A stretch of DNA of 61,953 nt, the filler included. It is 9 parts of 9 records of this genome, joined end to end, with 100 filler letters (N's around TTAATTAATTAA, not from the genome) between each part and the next. Parts side by side here need not be neighbours in the genome. Positions count along the whole stretch, not along the records: positions 12,477 to 15,755 come from SRR7504441_1644; positions 15,856 to 19,771 come from SRR7504441_1647; positions 19,872 to 23,491 come from SRR7504441_1659; positions 23,592 to 37,318 come from SRR7504441_1664; 5 more parts are not named here. The stretch is one strand, 5' to 3'. The notes below the pieces were generated by a model that was given only the letters and a program-made list of their open reading frames with translations, did not search any database and had not been told where the DNA came from. A program made the translations under genes and the position numbers. Every line of letters starts with the position of its first letter. The stretch's first letter is position 1. Below, one piece after another: positions 13,433 through 25,354 of this stretch.

Positions 13433-14812
13433 ATGGGCGCAAGCCTCTCGACGCGGGAGGCGCCGGCGCGGGACTTGAAGTCCCGACGGGCCCCCAGCGC
13501 GCACGTGCTTTACGTCAAGACACTGACGGGCAAGAGGATCGAGCTGACCGACTGGGACTACAGCGACGCTGTGGACCGGCTGCGGCTCTGTATTCAGGAC
13601 AAGGAGGGCATCCCGCCGTCGCAGCAGCGGCTCGTATTCGGCGGGGAAACGCTCGAGGGCTGGCGCCAGATCGGTTCTTACGGCATCTCGAAAGAGTGCT
13701 CCCTGCACCTTGTGCTCAGAACCCGCTCCTACCTGCCGCCCGCGGTGCTTGTTACTGATAATCGTAACCGTATCCACATCGAAGGCGGCAGCGAGCTGTT
13801 TGATCTCACCGCGGCGGAGCGTGACGAGCAGTTTGGTATCACGATCCAGGAGCTCGCGGACACTCCGTACTTCCAGGGGTTGGCACCGGCGTGCTGCCAG
13901 GTGCGCTGGGTGGCGGACAGTGTGCTCCAGGCGGGCTCAACCCTGGGCGAGCTGCACCCAGAGGCCAGGCTGGAGGGCCACCTGCCGGGCGAAGCCGCAC
14001 TGGTGGCTGAGCTAGCAGAGCGGCACCGCGCTCACGCGGCGGGCACTGCTGGGTGTGTGCTTGGGTGGGACACGGCGGCTTACGAATTTGACAGCCGCTG
14101 GAAGCACTTGCTGCTTCGACAGACGGCGGCGAATGTGCTGCTGGGTCGGGCGAAGCGGGCGGGGCTCCCAGTTGAGCCGGGAGTGAGTCTGACGGGGCTA
14201 TTCGAGAGCGGGATGGCGGCAGTGCAGAACGGAGCGTACGAGGATGCCTTGAAGCACTACGCGGCGGCCAGTGAGATGCTGGCCGTGGCCTTGAGCTACG
14301 ACTATTCTCAAGAGGAGGACTCGTTGGCGTGCATGAGGCGCATGCCCTCGCTACGCACAGACGCACTTGCACAGACGGCGCGGGAAGCTTCCCAGATCGG
14401 AGAAGCAGCAGCTTGGAACGCAGAACGGCTCTCCTGTTTGCTCCGGACGAGTGTGCTGGCGTCGCGCCGTATCCTTGGCGAACTGCACGGAGGGAAGATC
14501 CCGCTGGCTGTGCAGGACATGATAGGCGCAAAGCTGATTGAGAGCAAGTTTATCGAGGACGCGAGCTTGAGGCTGAATGCAGCGAGCTGGGAGAGTGACG
14601 CCTGGGTCGGTCGGCAGTCGTCTCTCGATGTGTATGGCGAGTGTTTCCGGTGCTTTCTCCGGGGTGCCTACCGCCTGCGAATTCCAGAAGCTGCAAGAGA
14701 GGAGGACGAGCCAGTAATAACCAGCGCTGACTATGAGATCAGGGGACACTTGTTGAAGTTTAGGTTTTGGTCTCCGGCGCTTGGGCCGAAGCATGAACAG
14801 TCCTTACCTTAG
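13433..14812 (+). CDS. Ubiquitin-like domain fusion protein
   Basis: [10 protein letters not shown]...[18 protein letters not shown]...LHLVLR followed by an unknown helical region; no GG cleavage site. Confidence 0.85.
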   Translation: MGASLSTREAPARDLKSRRAPSAHVLYVKTLTGKRIELTDWDYSDAVDRLRLCIQDKEGIPPSQQRLVFGGETLEGWRQIGSYGISKECSLHLVLRTRSYLPPAVLVTDNRNRIHIEGGSELFDLTAAERDEQFGITIQELADTPYFQGLAPACCQVRWVADSVLQAGSTLGELHPEARLEGHLPGEAALVAELAERHRAHAAGTAGCVLGWDTAAYEFDSRWKHLLLRQTAANVLLGRAKRAGLPVEPGVSLTGLFESGMAAVQNGAYEDALKHYAAASEMLAVALSYDYSQEEDSLACMRRMPSLRTDALAQTAREASQIGEAAAWNAERLSCLLRTSVLASRRILGELHGGKIPLAVQDMIGAKLIESKFIEDASLRLNAASWESDAWVGRQSSLDVYGECFRCFLRGAYRLRIPEAAREEDEPVITSADYEIRGHLLKFRFWSPALGPKHEQSLP

Positions 14813-15855
14813 CTTATTTATACAAACGCCTAATAAACACTAGCCATTGACCCAGCCTCTAGAATAGTCTCTATGAAATATGTAAGCATTTGGCCCGAGC
14901 TTGGGCTCTCGGACCGGCGGTTCGCTTTCCCGAAGTTGCAAACTGGTCATGACCTGCAAAGACACAACACACCTGAGCGCGTGTCGTACCGCCGCTCGTG
15001 ACCTGATGCGGCTCCAAAGATTGCTTCATCATTTCACTGATTTGCAGATTTCTCTCCCGCCCTTTACCTTTGAGTGTGAATGGCTTCTTCCTCCGTTGGG
15101 AAACGTGCGGCGTTTGGCTCCGCTCTAGCTGCTGCTCCGCGGGCTTTTGTGAAGCAGCCTGGCGAGTAGCTTTGGGTTGGGTGGTCTTGGGCCGTGGGGC
15201 CTGCCCCCAGAGATCCCCGATGTTGTCAGGTCGGCCACAATTCTTCCCGAAAGTGGAAGTCTGAGCACACAAACCTCAGCAGAGCCCAACGCAACGAGAC
15301 GGCACCGGGGCAGAAGTCCAGTATTTAGTATCCACTATGTCAAAGTATCCTCCAGGGGTACAGAATGTCCCACCGCCCACACTACTGTATGAAGCATCCA
15401 TGGTTTCGCCAAGAAATGCCCAATACGGGACAACGGTGTTTAGGCCCCTGCGGCCACGCGCTTAGTAACACGCCAGGCTGCTGCGAAACGCACTGGTGTT
15501 CTTTGGGCTTCCAGCGTTTGCTTGCCTTCTTCCAACTCACCCCCTGCGCACACCGGTGACAAGGAAACGTATGCATCGGCTCACAGGTTTGGGGTTGATT
15601 GAGCCTATCAAGTGCACATCGTAAAGCCCTACTTCCTTGCCATCCAGCTCTATGTCGGGCTTGATCACATCTGCACAGTCGCCGTCTACCAAGCACCGAG
15701 GAGGCCGAACTCACTCGGTACTTTCTCTGTGCTGTCATAGAATCGCTTGGCAATCNNNNNNNNNNNNNNNNNNNNNNNNNNNNNNNNNNNNNNNNNNNNT
15801 TAATTAATTAANNNNNNNNNNNNNNNNNNNNNNNNNNNNNNNNNNNNNNNNNNNN

Positions 15856-16546
15856 GGCCTTCAGCCGCCCGAGCTGCCCGACCGCCCCGCGCTGCGCCTC
15901 GAGCAACTGTCCTAGGTTCGGGTTAGGCCGCGCTGCTCGCCGACTGGTCAGCAGCTCCACAATCGGCTGCCGCTGGGCCCGCAGGCGGGAGAGCTGCCGG
16001 GCGCGGTCGGCAGTGAGGGCCCACCAGCCCTGCAGCTCGGCCAGCTCGGCCTCAAGCTCCGGGCTCTCTGTTGGCTGTTGGAGCAGAATCGCCTGGAGCT
16101 CATCCACCTTGCCGGCCAGCCGCTGGGCAGCCTGGCCCACCGCCGGACCATGCTCGGCCGCCGACAGATCGAACGCGCCGGCGAACCATTGCGCGAACCG
16201 CTCGGCGTCCCAGTCAGCGTCGGCCCAGTGGGAGAGCCCGCCGGCCACCGCCGTATCGATCTGGGCCAACTCGGTCTCGAGACCCAACCAGACCGAAAGC
16301 TCGGCGCTCAGCGGCCACAGGTCCCGCCGGGCGCACAGCAGCCCGCCGGACGCATCTGCCCTCCGGTCAGCCCTGGGCCGGCCGGGGGCGCACAGCGGTC
16401 GAAGGCAGCTCGGAGCAGGCTGGGGTCCGGCCGAAGCTGCCGCCCCACTCAGTCCGGCCCGGCCAGCCGACCGACCACGCGGCCATCTTGGTCAACCGGC
16501 GGCAGTTGGAGCAGCCCGGCGTCCGGCCCCAGAGGCAGCGGCTTCA
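15856..16546 (-). CDS. Unknown helical protein, 3' truncated
   Basis: ORF running into the gap with coding-like composition; start and introns uncertain. Confidence 0.4.
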
Positions 16547-16808
16547 TGCTCAGCCGCTCAGCCCTTGCATGGTTTGGTTGCTTGCTCCATCGAGTGAGAG
16601 ATCTTTGGAACCCAAATCATCTCAATCACAACGGCAGCCCCCATGTACAGGCAAGGGCTGCCGGGCCTCCAGGGCCAGAGCCAGCGCCCGTCGCTGTTCG
16701 GGCCGCACCCGGGTGCCCCGCAGGCGAGGCCCGGGTTGAGTTTGGCCAGACGACTCGGAGCTGCCGGCCCAGAGCTTCTTCGCGTCTGCCCCCACCGACC
16801 AGGTCAAA

Positions 16809-17420
16809 ATGGCCCGGCTGGAGGCCGACCGCACCGCGCTCACCGCCCGGTGCGCCGGGCTCGAGGCCGAGCTCCAGCGGATGCGCGAGCAGGCCCGCGA
16901 GGACGAGCGCCAGCGCCAGCGGTGTGCCCACCGCCCGGCCCGGCCAGCCGGGGCAGCGAGCGGGCGGAGGCGCGGGAGCGGCTGGACGACCAACGGAAAG
17001 AGTGCGAGCAGCTCCGGCGGCGGCTGGCGGCCCGGCCGAGCCGGCAGGCCGAGGGGGATCGGGGGCTGGGGGGCGGGGCAGCGGGCCGGGTGGGCGCGGC
17101 GCTCGAGCGGGCGGTGGGGCTGGGGGAACTGGTGGACACGGCGCTGCAGCACCTGGAGCACCCGCTCGATCCAGGGGGCGAGAGCGAGCAGCTGGCGGTC
17201 AAGCGGATGGTCACCCGGCAGCGCGTGCTCCGGCTGATGCAGAGCGCGATGGCCGAGGCGGTCGGGCAGGTGCCACAGATCGGCTGGAGGGCCGGAGTCT
17301 GGGCAGGTGGCCGAACTGAAGCAGCTGGCCGCCCAGATAGAGCTGCACACCGGCCGACAGGCCAGCCCGCCCGACAGCGCCTGGGCCGTCAACCACGAGT
17401 CCCGTGGGCCGTGGAGAATG
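16809..17420 (+). CDS. Unknown coiled-coil protein with short introns
   Basis: E/Q/R-rich frames linked by GT-AG introns; boundaries approximate. Confidence 0.4.
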
Positions 17421-17670
17421 GGGGCCAGAGCAAAGTCAAGAATGCTCGATGGCCGGCTAGAGGAAAGCCCCGGGAGCAGCTGACTCGTCCAGCCTGATTA
17501 ATTAAGCGCCGCCCCTAACCGAGGCACGCACCGCCACAATCAATGTACCCTGTACGGTAGATTAAATAGAGCTCTAAGCTACATGTAAGTCTGCAACAAC
17601 TCGTGCAAGCTTTGATCAATCGCTTTGATCGTAATTTAACGGCTCGACCGGACCCGGGCATTCGAGACAG

Positions 17671-19771
17671 ATGGCACCGGGCGACAGCTTCGACGAGTCG
17701 GACCCGGCGGCGGTGGAGGCGGCGTTCCGGGGGCTGGAGCTGGACGAGAACGGCCGGGCGAGCAAGCAGGCCCTGGTGCCCCGCCGGCCCGGCCCGGGGC
17801 TCAGCCTAGGCAGGTCGACTGCCTGGCGGGCGCGCTGTCGATCGAGCCCGGTGTGGTGGAGGAGGTGTGCAGGATGCTGAGCAAAAACAACCCGGAGCAG
17901 CGGTTCAACCTGTCCGGCTTCAAGCAAGCCCTGCTGCTCGCCAAGACCAAGCGCAACTCGTCGGCCGCTGCCGTTTCACAGACCACTGTGGGCTCCCCGC
18001 GCCGGGCCGCCTCCCCGCGCGCCCGGCGGCGGTCGGTGGACGCGGAGAGAGGGACGGCGGACGAGGAGGCCTGGGCGACGGCGGTGGCGGCGCACGACAA
18101 GCAGAGCTTCGAGGAGCAGTTCGGCGAGCTGGACACAGACAATGACGGGCTGGTGTCGGCCACTGACGTCAAGACGGTGTTCACGGCGAGCCAGCTCAGC
18201 CCCAAGGTGCTGAACGCTATCTGGAACCTGGCCGACACTAACAAGGCGCGCAAGCTGGACTGCGAGCAATTCTGCAACGCGGCGCACTTGATCGAGGGCG
18301 TGAGCAAAGACAAGCTGGCACTCCCGAGCAGACTGCCGCTCGCTCTCCAGTCGTCGGTCCCTATGGCCGAGCAGGCGCTCAAGCGGCTGGAGCACGACCG
18401 GGCCCGGCTGATGCAGGCCAACAAGACCGCCCAGCAGAGCAAATTCAAGCAGGAGAGCCGGCTGAGCAAGCTGAAGTCGCAGTACAACGAGGCGAAGGCC
18501 GAGCTCGACCGCGAAGCCAACATGCTAGAGATCGCCGAGCGGGAGGCCCAGCTCAAGCAAGCCGAGCTCGACCGGGCGGCCGGCGAGATCCAGGAGCTTT
18601 CGGAGCGGCGGGACCAACTTGTTGAGCTGCGGACGCACCAGCAAAGCCTGATCCGTGAGCTGGAGGTCAAGAGCTTCGGGGACAAAAAGGAGCTGACTGC
18701 GCTCACCCAGGAGGTCGACTCGATCGAGGACCAGATCAGCGCCAACGCGGCCCGGATCGCCGAACTGGAGGAGGAAGCGGAGCTCAAGAGCCAGAGGATG
18801 CAGCAGCAGCAGGAGACGGCCGATACGACGGAGGAGATGGCCGCGCAGCTGGAGCAATCGCGCGAGCAGGTGGAGGCTCGGATAGCCCAGCTGGAGGCGC
18901 AGCTGGCCGACACCAGGGCCCGGACAGACCGGAGTCGTGAGCTGTTTGGTGGAGAGAAGAGCAGGATCGAAGAGCTGGCCGGCACGCTGGCGGGGCTGCA
19001 GCAGGAGCAGCAGCAGGCCGAGCAGGAGCAGGCCGAGAGCAGTCAAGCTCTCGCGGAGGCTCAGCAGCAGAGCCGGGAGCTGATCGGGCGCTGCTTTGAG
19101 CAGCGAGTTGCGATAGAGTTCTGCAGACACCAGACCAGCTTGGAGCGAGCCCAGGTGGAGCAGGAGCATGAGCAGCTGGAGCAGCTCGACCCGACCGTCC
19201 AGCAGCTCGAGCAGCTCCACCTGAGCATCTACAACGCCCAGCAGCAGCGCCAGGCTGCCGAGCTGGCACGGCTGGCCGCCGCTGCTGTCCCGGATCCGCT
19301 GCCTGAGATCCCCACGCTGCCCGAGGATCCGCCACCGCCGCCCGAGACTCCGGAGCAGCCGCCACCGCCGCCCGACAGCCCGATCGAGCCGGCGGAGAGC
19401 CCAGCGATCGGCCCGCTTGACCAGAGCATCGGTGAGCCGCAGGAGCTGAGAGACCCGGAAGACCCTTTGTTCGGCGAGCAGGAGCAAGACCCAGAGGGCG
19501 AGCCGGAGCAAGATCCAGAGGGCGAGCCAGAGGAGCAGGATCCAGAGGGCGAGCCGGAGGAGAGCACGGCTGAAGTGGAAGCAGCCGAGCAGCTAGCCCC
19601 GTTCGGCGAGCCGGAGGAGGCCGATCCGTGGGACCAGGTGGACGAGCAGCCGCGCGGGCAGCCCACGCCGTTCACCCAGGCGGCCGACCTGGACCAGCCG
19701 GCCAGCTCAGCCGACCCTTTCGAGGCAGAGCAGCCAGACCCGTTCGATAAGCCCGAGCAGGATCCTTTCGG
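17671..19771 (+). CDS. EH-domain (Eps15-like) endocytic protein, 3' truncated
   Basis: FGELDTDNDGLVS...LNAIWNLADTNK...FCNAAHLI EH domain, long coiled coil, DPF/DPW motifs; 38-nt first intron. Confidence 0.85.
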
Positions 19772-19871
19772 NNNNNNNNNNNNNNNNNNNNNNNNNNNNN
19801 NNNNNNNNNNNNNNNTTAATTAATTAANNNNNNNNNNNNNNNNNNNNNNNNNNNNNNNNNNNNNNNNNNNN

Positions 19872-21124
19872 ACCTCCAAAGCCACCATACATATTGCACA
19901 CAAAGTCTGCCCGTCCCCCACAATAGCCCAGCTCTTCAGCGTATCGCGCGCCAGCCGGCGCTCGGCACTCTGCATGGCGTGATGCAGCGTGCTGTACGCC
20001 TTCTCCAACCTCTCGTGGCACTTGCACATGTTCATCAGGCTCGAGTTGACGCAAGCTCTGTGGCTCTCGTCATCGGCCGAACTGAGACTGAAGCTAGCCC
20101 AGCACCGGAAGACGCTCTGCAGCTGTGCCAGGGCAGAGTCCACCATGGCGTGTGCGCTGGCCCGAGTCAGACCATCCACCCTCTCGTCCAGCTCCTGAGC
20201 CTTCGTGTGCTGACATTCAAACGACAGATCGCGTATCACGGCGGCCTGGGTCCGCAGCCGAGCACACAGGTCCTCGGCGTTGAGCACAGCGTGCCTAAAC
20301 GCTTGCTCCCACGGCACTCTGGCTACCGTCTCTGCCACGCCTGGAGGGAAGTCGGACTCTTGGCTCAGCATCGATGCGCACGGGACTGCCCGGCAGGCGG
20401 CGCTCCACTTGGCCACCAGACGGGTCCGCTCCATGCAAGCCAGCATCCGCGCCGAGTGGTGCGCGGCGCAGGCGGTCGAGATAGATGGCGCCAGCTCAAA
20501 CGTGTGCGTGATGGCAGTCGATGGATAGTAAAACCCAGCGTCTCCGTGGAGCAGCTGCCGGACTGAGCCCTCAATGCGGCCGGAGAGCACGTCTATTGTG
20601 CCGTTGCACTGGGTCTCGCAGTCAGAGTACGACACCTGAACATTCTCGTCCGGGCCGGCCGGGGCTGCCAGCTCGATGCTGCATGACTGCTCGTCCCCGT
20701 ACGCGGCGTGCCGGCCAAAGATGCGCAGGATCCCACTCTCCTCGTACACGCGGAAGATCTCGAGCACATACTCATGCCGCTCGTCCTCGGCCTCATAGTG
20801 CTCGTCCGACTGGTTCCAGCCCGGAATCGCGATCGTTCCCGTGAAGGTCATCCCGCTAACGAGCCAGTTGCGCGCCCTGGCCAGCTCGGCCTCCGCGCTC
20901 CAACCGGATGGGTCTGCGGCCTCCTGCCCGGGCCCCTCGGGCTCTAGGATGGTCCGCATCCGGGCCTCCATCTGGCGGATCGAGACGATCTCCTGCTCGA
21001 GCTCTTGGATCTGGTCCGGCCGACATTCGAGATCCTCCACCACCGTCTGGGCCGCGGCCAGCTGCTCGGCCACCGACGCCGCGCAGCTGGCCACCTCGGC
21101 CTCCCCGTCATCGGCCGCACTCAT
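19872..21124 (-). CDS. Putative RING-finger protein, 3' truncated
   Basis: Long ORF ending in CAICMVALE at the gap. Confidence 0.6.
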
Positions 21125-21574
21125 GCAGGCGAGCGCAAGGAGCTGTCTGAGCACGCAAGCGTCATCGTTCAACTCGCTTTTTATTGACCCAGAGCCTTGT
21201 TCCGTTGGCAGGCTGCGGATTAGCCTGGTACCGGAGAACTGCAGCTCTATCATTGCATGGCTCTATATTGTAGCTTTAATTGTAGCTTTGTGAACAATCT
21301 GTCGAATCTGTGCAGCCTGGCGCAAAGGATACGCAAACCTTGGAGGGAGCAACGCCCGGGCAAGATTCGCCCCGCTCCGGACCACGATTAAACCGCTGTG
21401 CAAAACGGCTGCGATCGCTGCGATTATGATTGTGGGCTCTGGACACTACTCGACTACATGATTGTATTGTAGGGCTCAGTTCACTAACCTAAAGTCCTTA
21501 GTACTAAAGCAGCACACGGGCTCCATGTACTCCATAGGCTCCATGCTGTATGGCTCTGCACCAATTTACTGGGG

Positions 21575-22448
21575 TCACTCGCCCGCGTGGAGGCCGAGCT
21601 CGCCGAGCCGATTGATCCGACCAAACTCGTGATTATTGTTGCGACTACCCGCCTTGAGCACCGGTCGGCTGTTGGCTGGGATCCGGTGGTGCACCAGCCG
21701 GTCGCCCGGCTTGGCCCTGCCGTTCCGCATCGACCAGCCGTCGATTCGAGTCACCTGCTCAGCCCTGAGCTCATGTCCATGCTCGCCGCTGGAGAGTCAC
21801 GGTGTGTCTGCAGGCAGATTAAGGAGCACAACATCAACACAAATGTCAAGAGCGTCAAGGCGGCCCAACCAGACCCCACAGATAAGAACGACAGGCCCAA
21901 GCCTGCGTCCAGCGGCCGCGAGGCCAAGCTGCCCGTCCCCGGCCGCCTCGGCGTAGAATCGGTTCAAGTTGAGCCCGTTGCAGTCTGACCGGTAGTGCCC
22001 GTGGAAGACCCCGTCCGGGTTGAGCATCGGGATCACCTTGACAATGAACTTGGCCCGGAGCGCCTGGGCCCGCTTGTCGTGCTCGGACCACCGGGCGCAT
22101 GTCGCGGCCGTACAGCTTGGAGTGGGCGTTGACCCCTCGGATACGCAGATTGATCGTCTCGCCGGCCTGCCCGCCCTTGATGTAGAAGTAGAACCAGGTT
22201 TTGAACCCAGTCTCGGCATCCGAGCCTGCGCCCAGTCGGCCGCAGCCCGGCCGCTGGCCGCACCTGAGCAGTCCGGGCGGGTCCAGACTATGTACTCGCC
22301 GTCTCTCAGCTCCCACCGGTGCCCATTCCCGCTGTCGAAGTCTGAGCTGAACACGTATTGTCCCACAGTCACCTCGCCCTGCCACACTGCTCGCCGCCGC
22401 TGCCGAAACGCTGGGCTGGACCTCCGGCGAGTCGTCCGAGGCCTCCAT
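21575..22448 (-). pseudogene. Cytosolic carboxypeptidase (CCP5/AGBL5-like), internally deleted and rearranged
   Basis: [14 protein letters not shown] and [25 protein letters not shown] are present. The HPGE zinc-binding region is absent, with a frameshift at about 22085 and an inverted segment at about 21765-21903. Confidence 0.8.
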
Positions 22449-22701
22449 CGGGCTAGTCGTGCGAGTCGGACGGGATCCCGGTCAGGTTGCTGTCCCGCCG
22501 CTGCGACCGCCTGACGTAGCTCAGGTTGGCCATGCAACGCAGCCCGTGACTCTGCGGGATCCCCTGCGACAGAATTGGCCAAGTAACGGCCAAACTCGAG
22601 AAAGTGGCTGACTGAGACGCAGAGACGGGCCGCACACCGGTGACCGGGTGACGTTCATTGTTTATTTTTAAATAGCGCATAGGAGCGCGTGTTTTGGGCG
22701 T

Positions 22702-22787
22702 GCGGAGGTTGCGGCACCATTCGAGCACTCGCGAGTCACGTACAGTCGTTTTCCTCGCCAGCCGTCACACGGCCACCAACCGCCCGC
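22702..22787 (-). promoter_or_regulatory. Putative SECIS element
   Basis: On the minus strand: GTGA (22768-22765), 12 nt, AAAA (22752-22749), GA (22722-22721). Flanking helices GCGAG/CTCGC, GTGGC/GCCGC and GGTT/AACC; about 25 nt after the DsbA-like stop. Confidence 0.75.
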
Positions 22788-22811
22788 CTTCTATCGCTAC
22801 TAGCCCTTGCA

Positions 22812-23491
22812 CTATGCGCCCGCGTGCTGTTGCTTGATGCTCCGGAAGACCCGCTCGAACGTCTGCACGTCTGCTGAGCCTTGCACCACAGCCTCAAACC
22901 CGTCAGCGCTGAATTTAAACACCGGTATCGAGTGAACCCCCTGCGCCAGATTCTCCTGCACGCACCGCCGCACCGCCGCCCGGCCCTCCTCGCCCCGGGC
23001 CAGCTGCCGCTCTGCCTCCCCCGGGTCCAGCCCCGCCTCGGCCACCGCCCGGAGCAGCACAGCCTGGTCGGCCAGCCGCTGCCGCTTAGTGAAATACTGA
23101 ACCCCGAGCAGGTGGGCTAGCTCCTCGCCCTTGCCCGGCTGCAGCCCGTCGGCCCAGAGCACCAGCTGGTGCGAGGCGGCCGTGTCGCTCAGCTCCACCT
23201 CGAAGTCGAATTCAAACCCGGCCGCCGCGCCCAGCCGCCCGATGTGCGCGGTGGCGGCCGGGCCGTAGAGCGCGTCCACCCGCTCGCCCCACGGCTTGAT
23301 CGGGTGCTCCCCGCCCGGGTACAGGAAGAACGGCCGGCGGCGGATGGTGAGCTGGAACGCCTCGGGCCCGCCGGCCTGCTCCAGCCCGAGAACCAGCCAG
23401 CGCTTGCCCACAAACCCGTGCGGTCACATGGTGTCCGAAATAAAGTCCACGCTCACAGGGATCGGACTCTCGGCACCTTGACAGGCCGTCG
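22812..23491 (-). CDS. DsbA/FrnE-like thioredoxin-fold selenoprotein, 5' truncated
   Basis: DFISDTM-TGA-PHGFVGKRWL matches the FrnE pattern SDxxCPWCxxGKRRL; RRRPFFLYP and GVHSIPVF cis-Pro loop; TGA at 23426-23424. Confidence 0.88.
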
Positions 23492-23762
23492 NNNNNNNNN
23501 NNNNNNNNNNNNNNNNNNNNNNNNNNNNNNNNNNNTTAATTAATTAANNNNNNNNNNNNNNNNNNNNNNNNNNNNNNNNNNNNNNNNNNNNAGGGCTCAG
23601 GGAGCGAGACGAATCCCTCCCCTGACAAGCTCGGATCCTCCCCATGGGAATATTGTATAAGATTTTGTTGCAGTCCTAGGTATATCTAAGACAAAGAATC
23701 AACTGATCTGGCAGGGGGTATTATTGACCGCCCTTGTTTCTGAGTTGTGGGCCATGGCCTGA

Positions 23763-24985
23763 ATGCAGCCCCCGGCCTCCCCGGACCAGCCCCCTGGCTC
23801 GCTCCCGCAGTCGCAGGCCGTTGCCGACCAGCTGGCCCAGGCCGCAGGGCTCCGGGCCGAGCTAGCCGAGGCCGACGCCCGGCTGGACCGGCTGGTGGTG
23901 GCGCTGTCGGCCGCCGAGCGCCAGGCGGGTTTGCGGGTCCTCGAGCCGGCGGGCGGGCGGCTGGCCGATCGGCTTGTGGCGGTCGAGGTGTGGCGCGGCC
24001 CGGCGGGGACCAAGCGGCGGGCAGGAGCGTCTGGGGGCGCTCGGTCAGTCGGCCGGCTGGCTGCGAGTGAGTTGCGGATTGGAGCAGCTGTACGCGCTCC
24101 GGACGCTAGCTCGGACGCTCAAGCGGTTCGGACAGGACAGGCTGGCGGCCCAGCTGCGGCGGTGGGCGGTGCGGGCCTGCAAACCTGTGCGCGAGCCCGG
24201 GTTGGAGCTGCGGCTTGCTGCCGAGCGCGAGTGCCGGGCCGCGGTGGCGCGGGCCGAGGCGGCCGAAGCCGAGTGTTGCCGGCTGCGGGGTTTGGTGCGT
24301 CGGAGGACGCTCGCGGAGAGGGACCCGGTTTGCAGGCAGGCGCTGCTCAAGCAGAACCAGATGGAGCGCCAGCTGGGCACGCTCCGGGGCGAGCTTGAGC
24401 TGGCCAACCAGGCAGCGAGCGCTGATCGGGCGGCCGCCAGCCGGCTGGAAGAGCGCGAGCTGCAGGCGAGCAATAGAGCGTGCCGTGGAGTGAGAGGAGG
24501 CGCAGGTGCAGCGCAAGTGCGGCGCGCTCTCCCAGAAGCTATCGAGGCTAGAGCTAGGGTGGATAGGGCGGGCGAGCCAGCAGCGTGCCGAGGCCGAAGC
24601 GGATCGGGCAGTTGTGTTGCTGCAGGCGGTCACCAGGCGCTGGTTGTGCTGCAAGGCGCGGCGGAGTGCGGGTGGGCAGCCGATGGCTGAACTGGAGTCG
24701 ATGGCGGGCATGCTGTGGGCGCAGGCCAGGCATCTCGGGTGCAGGGACAGGACCGTAGCCCAGTTAGCTCGACAGCTGGCACACTCAGCCAACATTGTGG
24801 CCATCCAGTCGCTCGAAGCAGGCCGGTACCGCGCGGCGTTACGGGCAGTCAAACTGGCGATAGACGGACTTGAGCGACTGGCGGTGGCAAACCAGCCGCA
24901 GCTGCTCGAGATGAGCAAGACAAACCTTGTTAAGATACGCTGCGCCTTGGGGCTGGACGCACATGGCATGCTGATCATCCCTTGA
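23763..24985 (+). CDS. Unknown coiled-coil protein (about 2 introns)
   Basis: Three overlapping helical ORFs that short introns can join. Confidence 0.5.
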
Positions 24986-25354
24986 GAGCCAGGGCAACAC
25001 TGCATACATTTAAGGACTTGAGCGGCTAATGGTGAATGATACATTTTTGAGCGACTTGGGCAAAAAGTTGTGTGAATGCCGGATCAATTCCCAATTTCCC
25101 ATGAGTCCCTAAGCGATTAATTAAGGTCAATAACGTACCAACAATGTAATAGGGCTCTTCACAAATTGGCGGTCTAATTGTACAAATTTTAATGAAAGAC
25201 ATCGTAAGTAAGCATAAAGTCTGGATGGACCACATGTAGACCACATGAGTTCATTAGTACAGAATTTTGATCGAGTTTAGACTTCGTAAGAATTCGATTT
25301 ATTTATGGACGACCAAGTTTGATTGTATTTGTCTAAGTGAACGAAGTTCTGTCT

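Noticed and set aside
14871-15755. Possible gene fragment
   Set aside because: Short ORFs with no recognisable motifs; I could not build a supported gene model.
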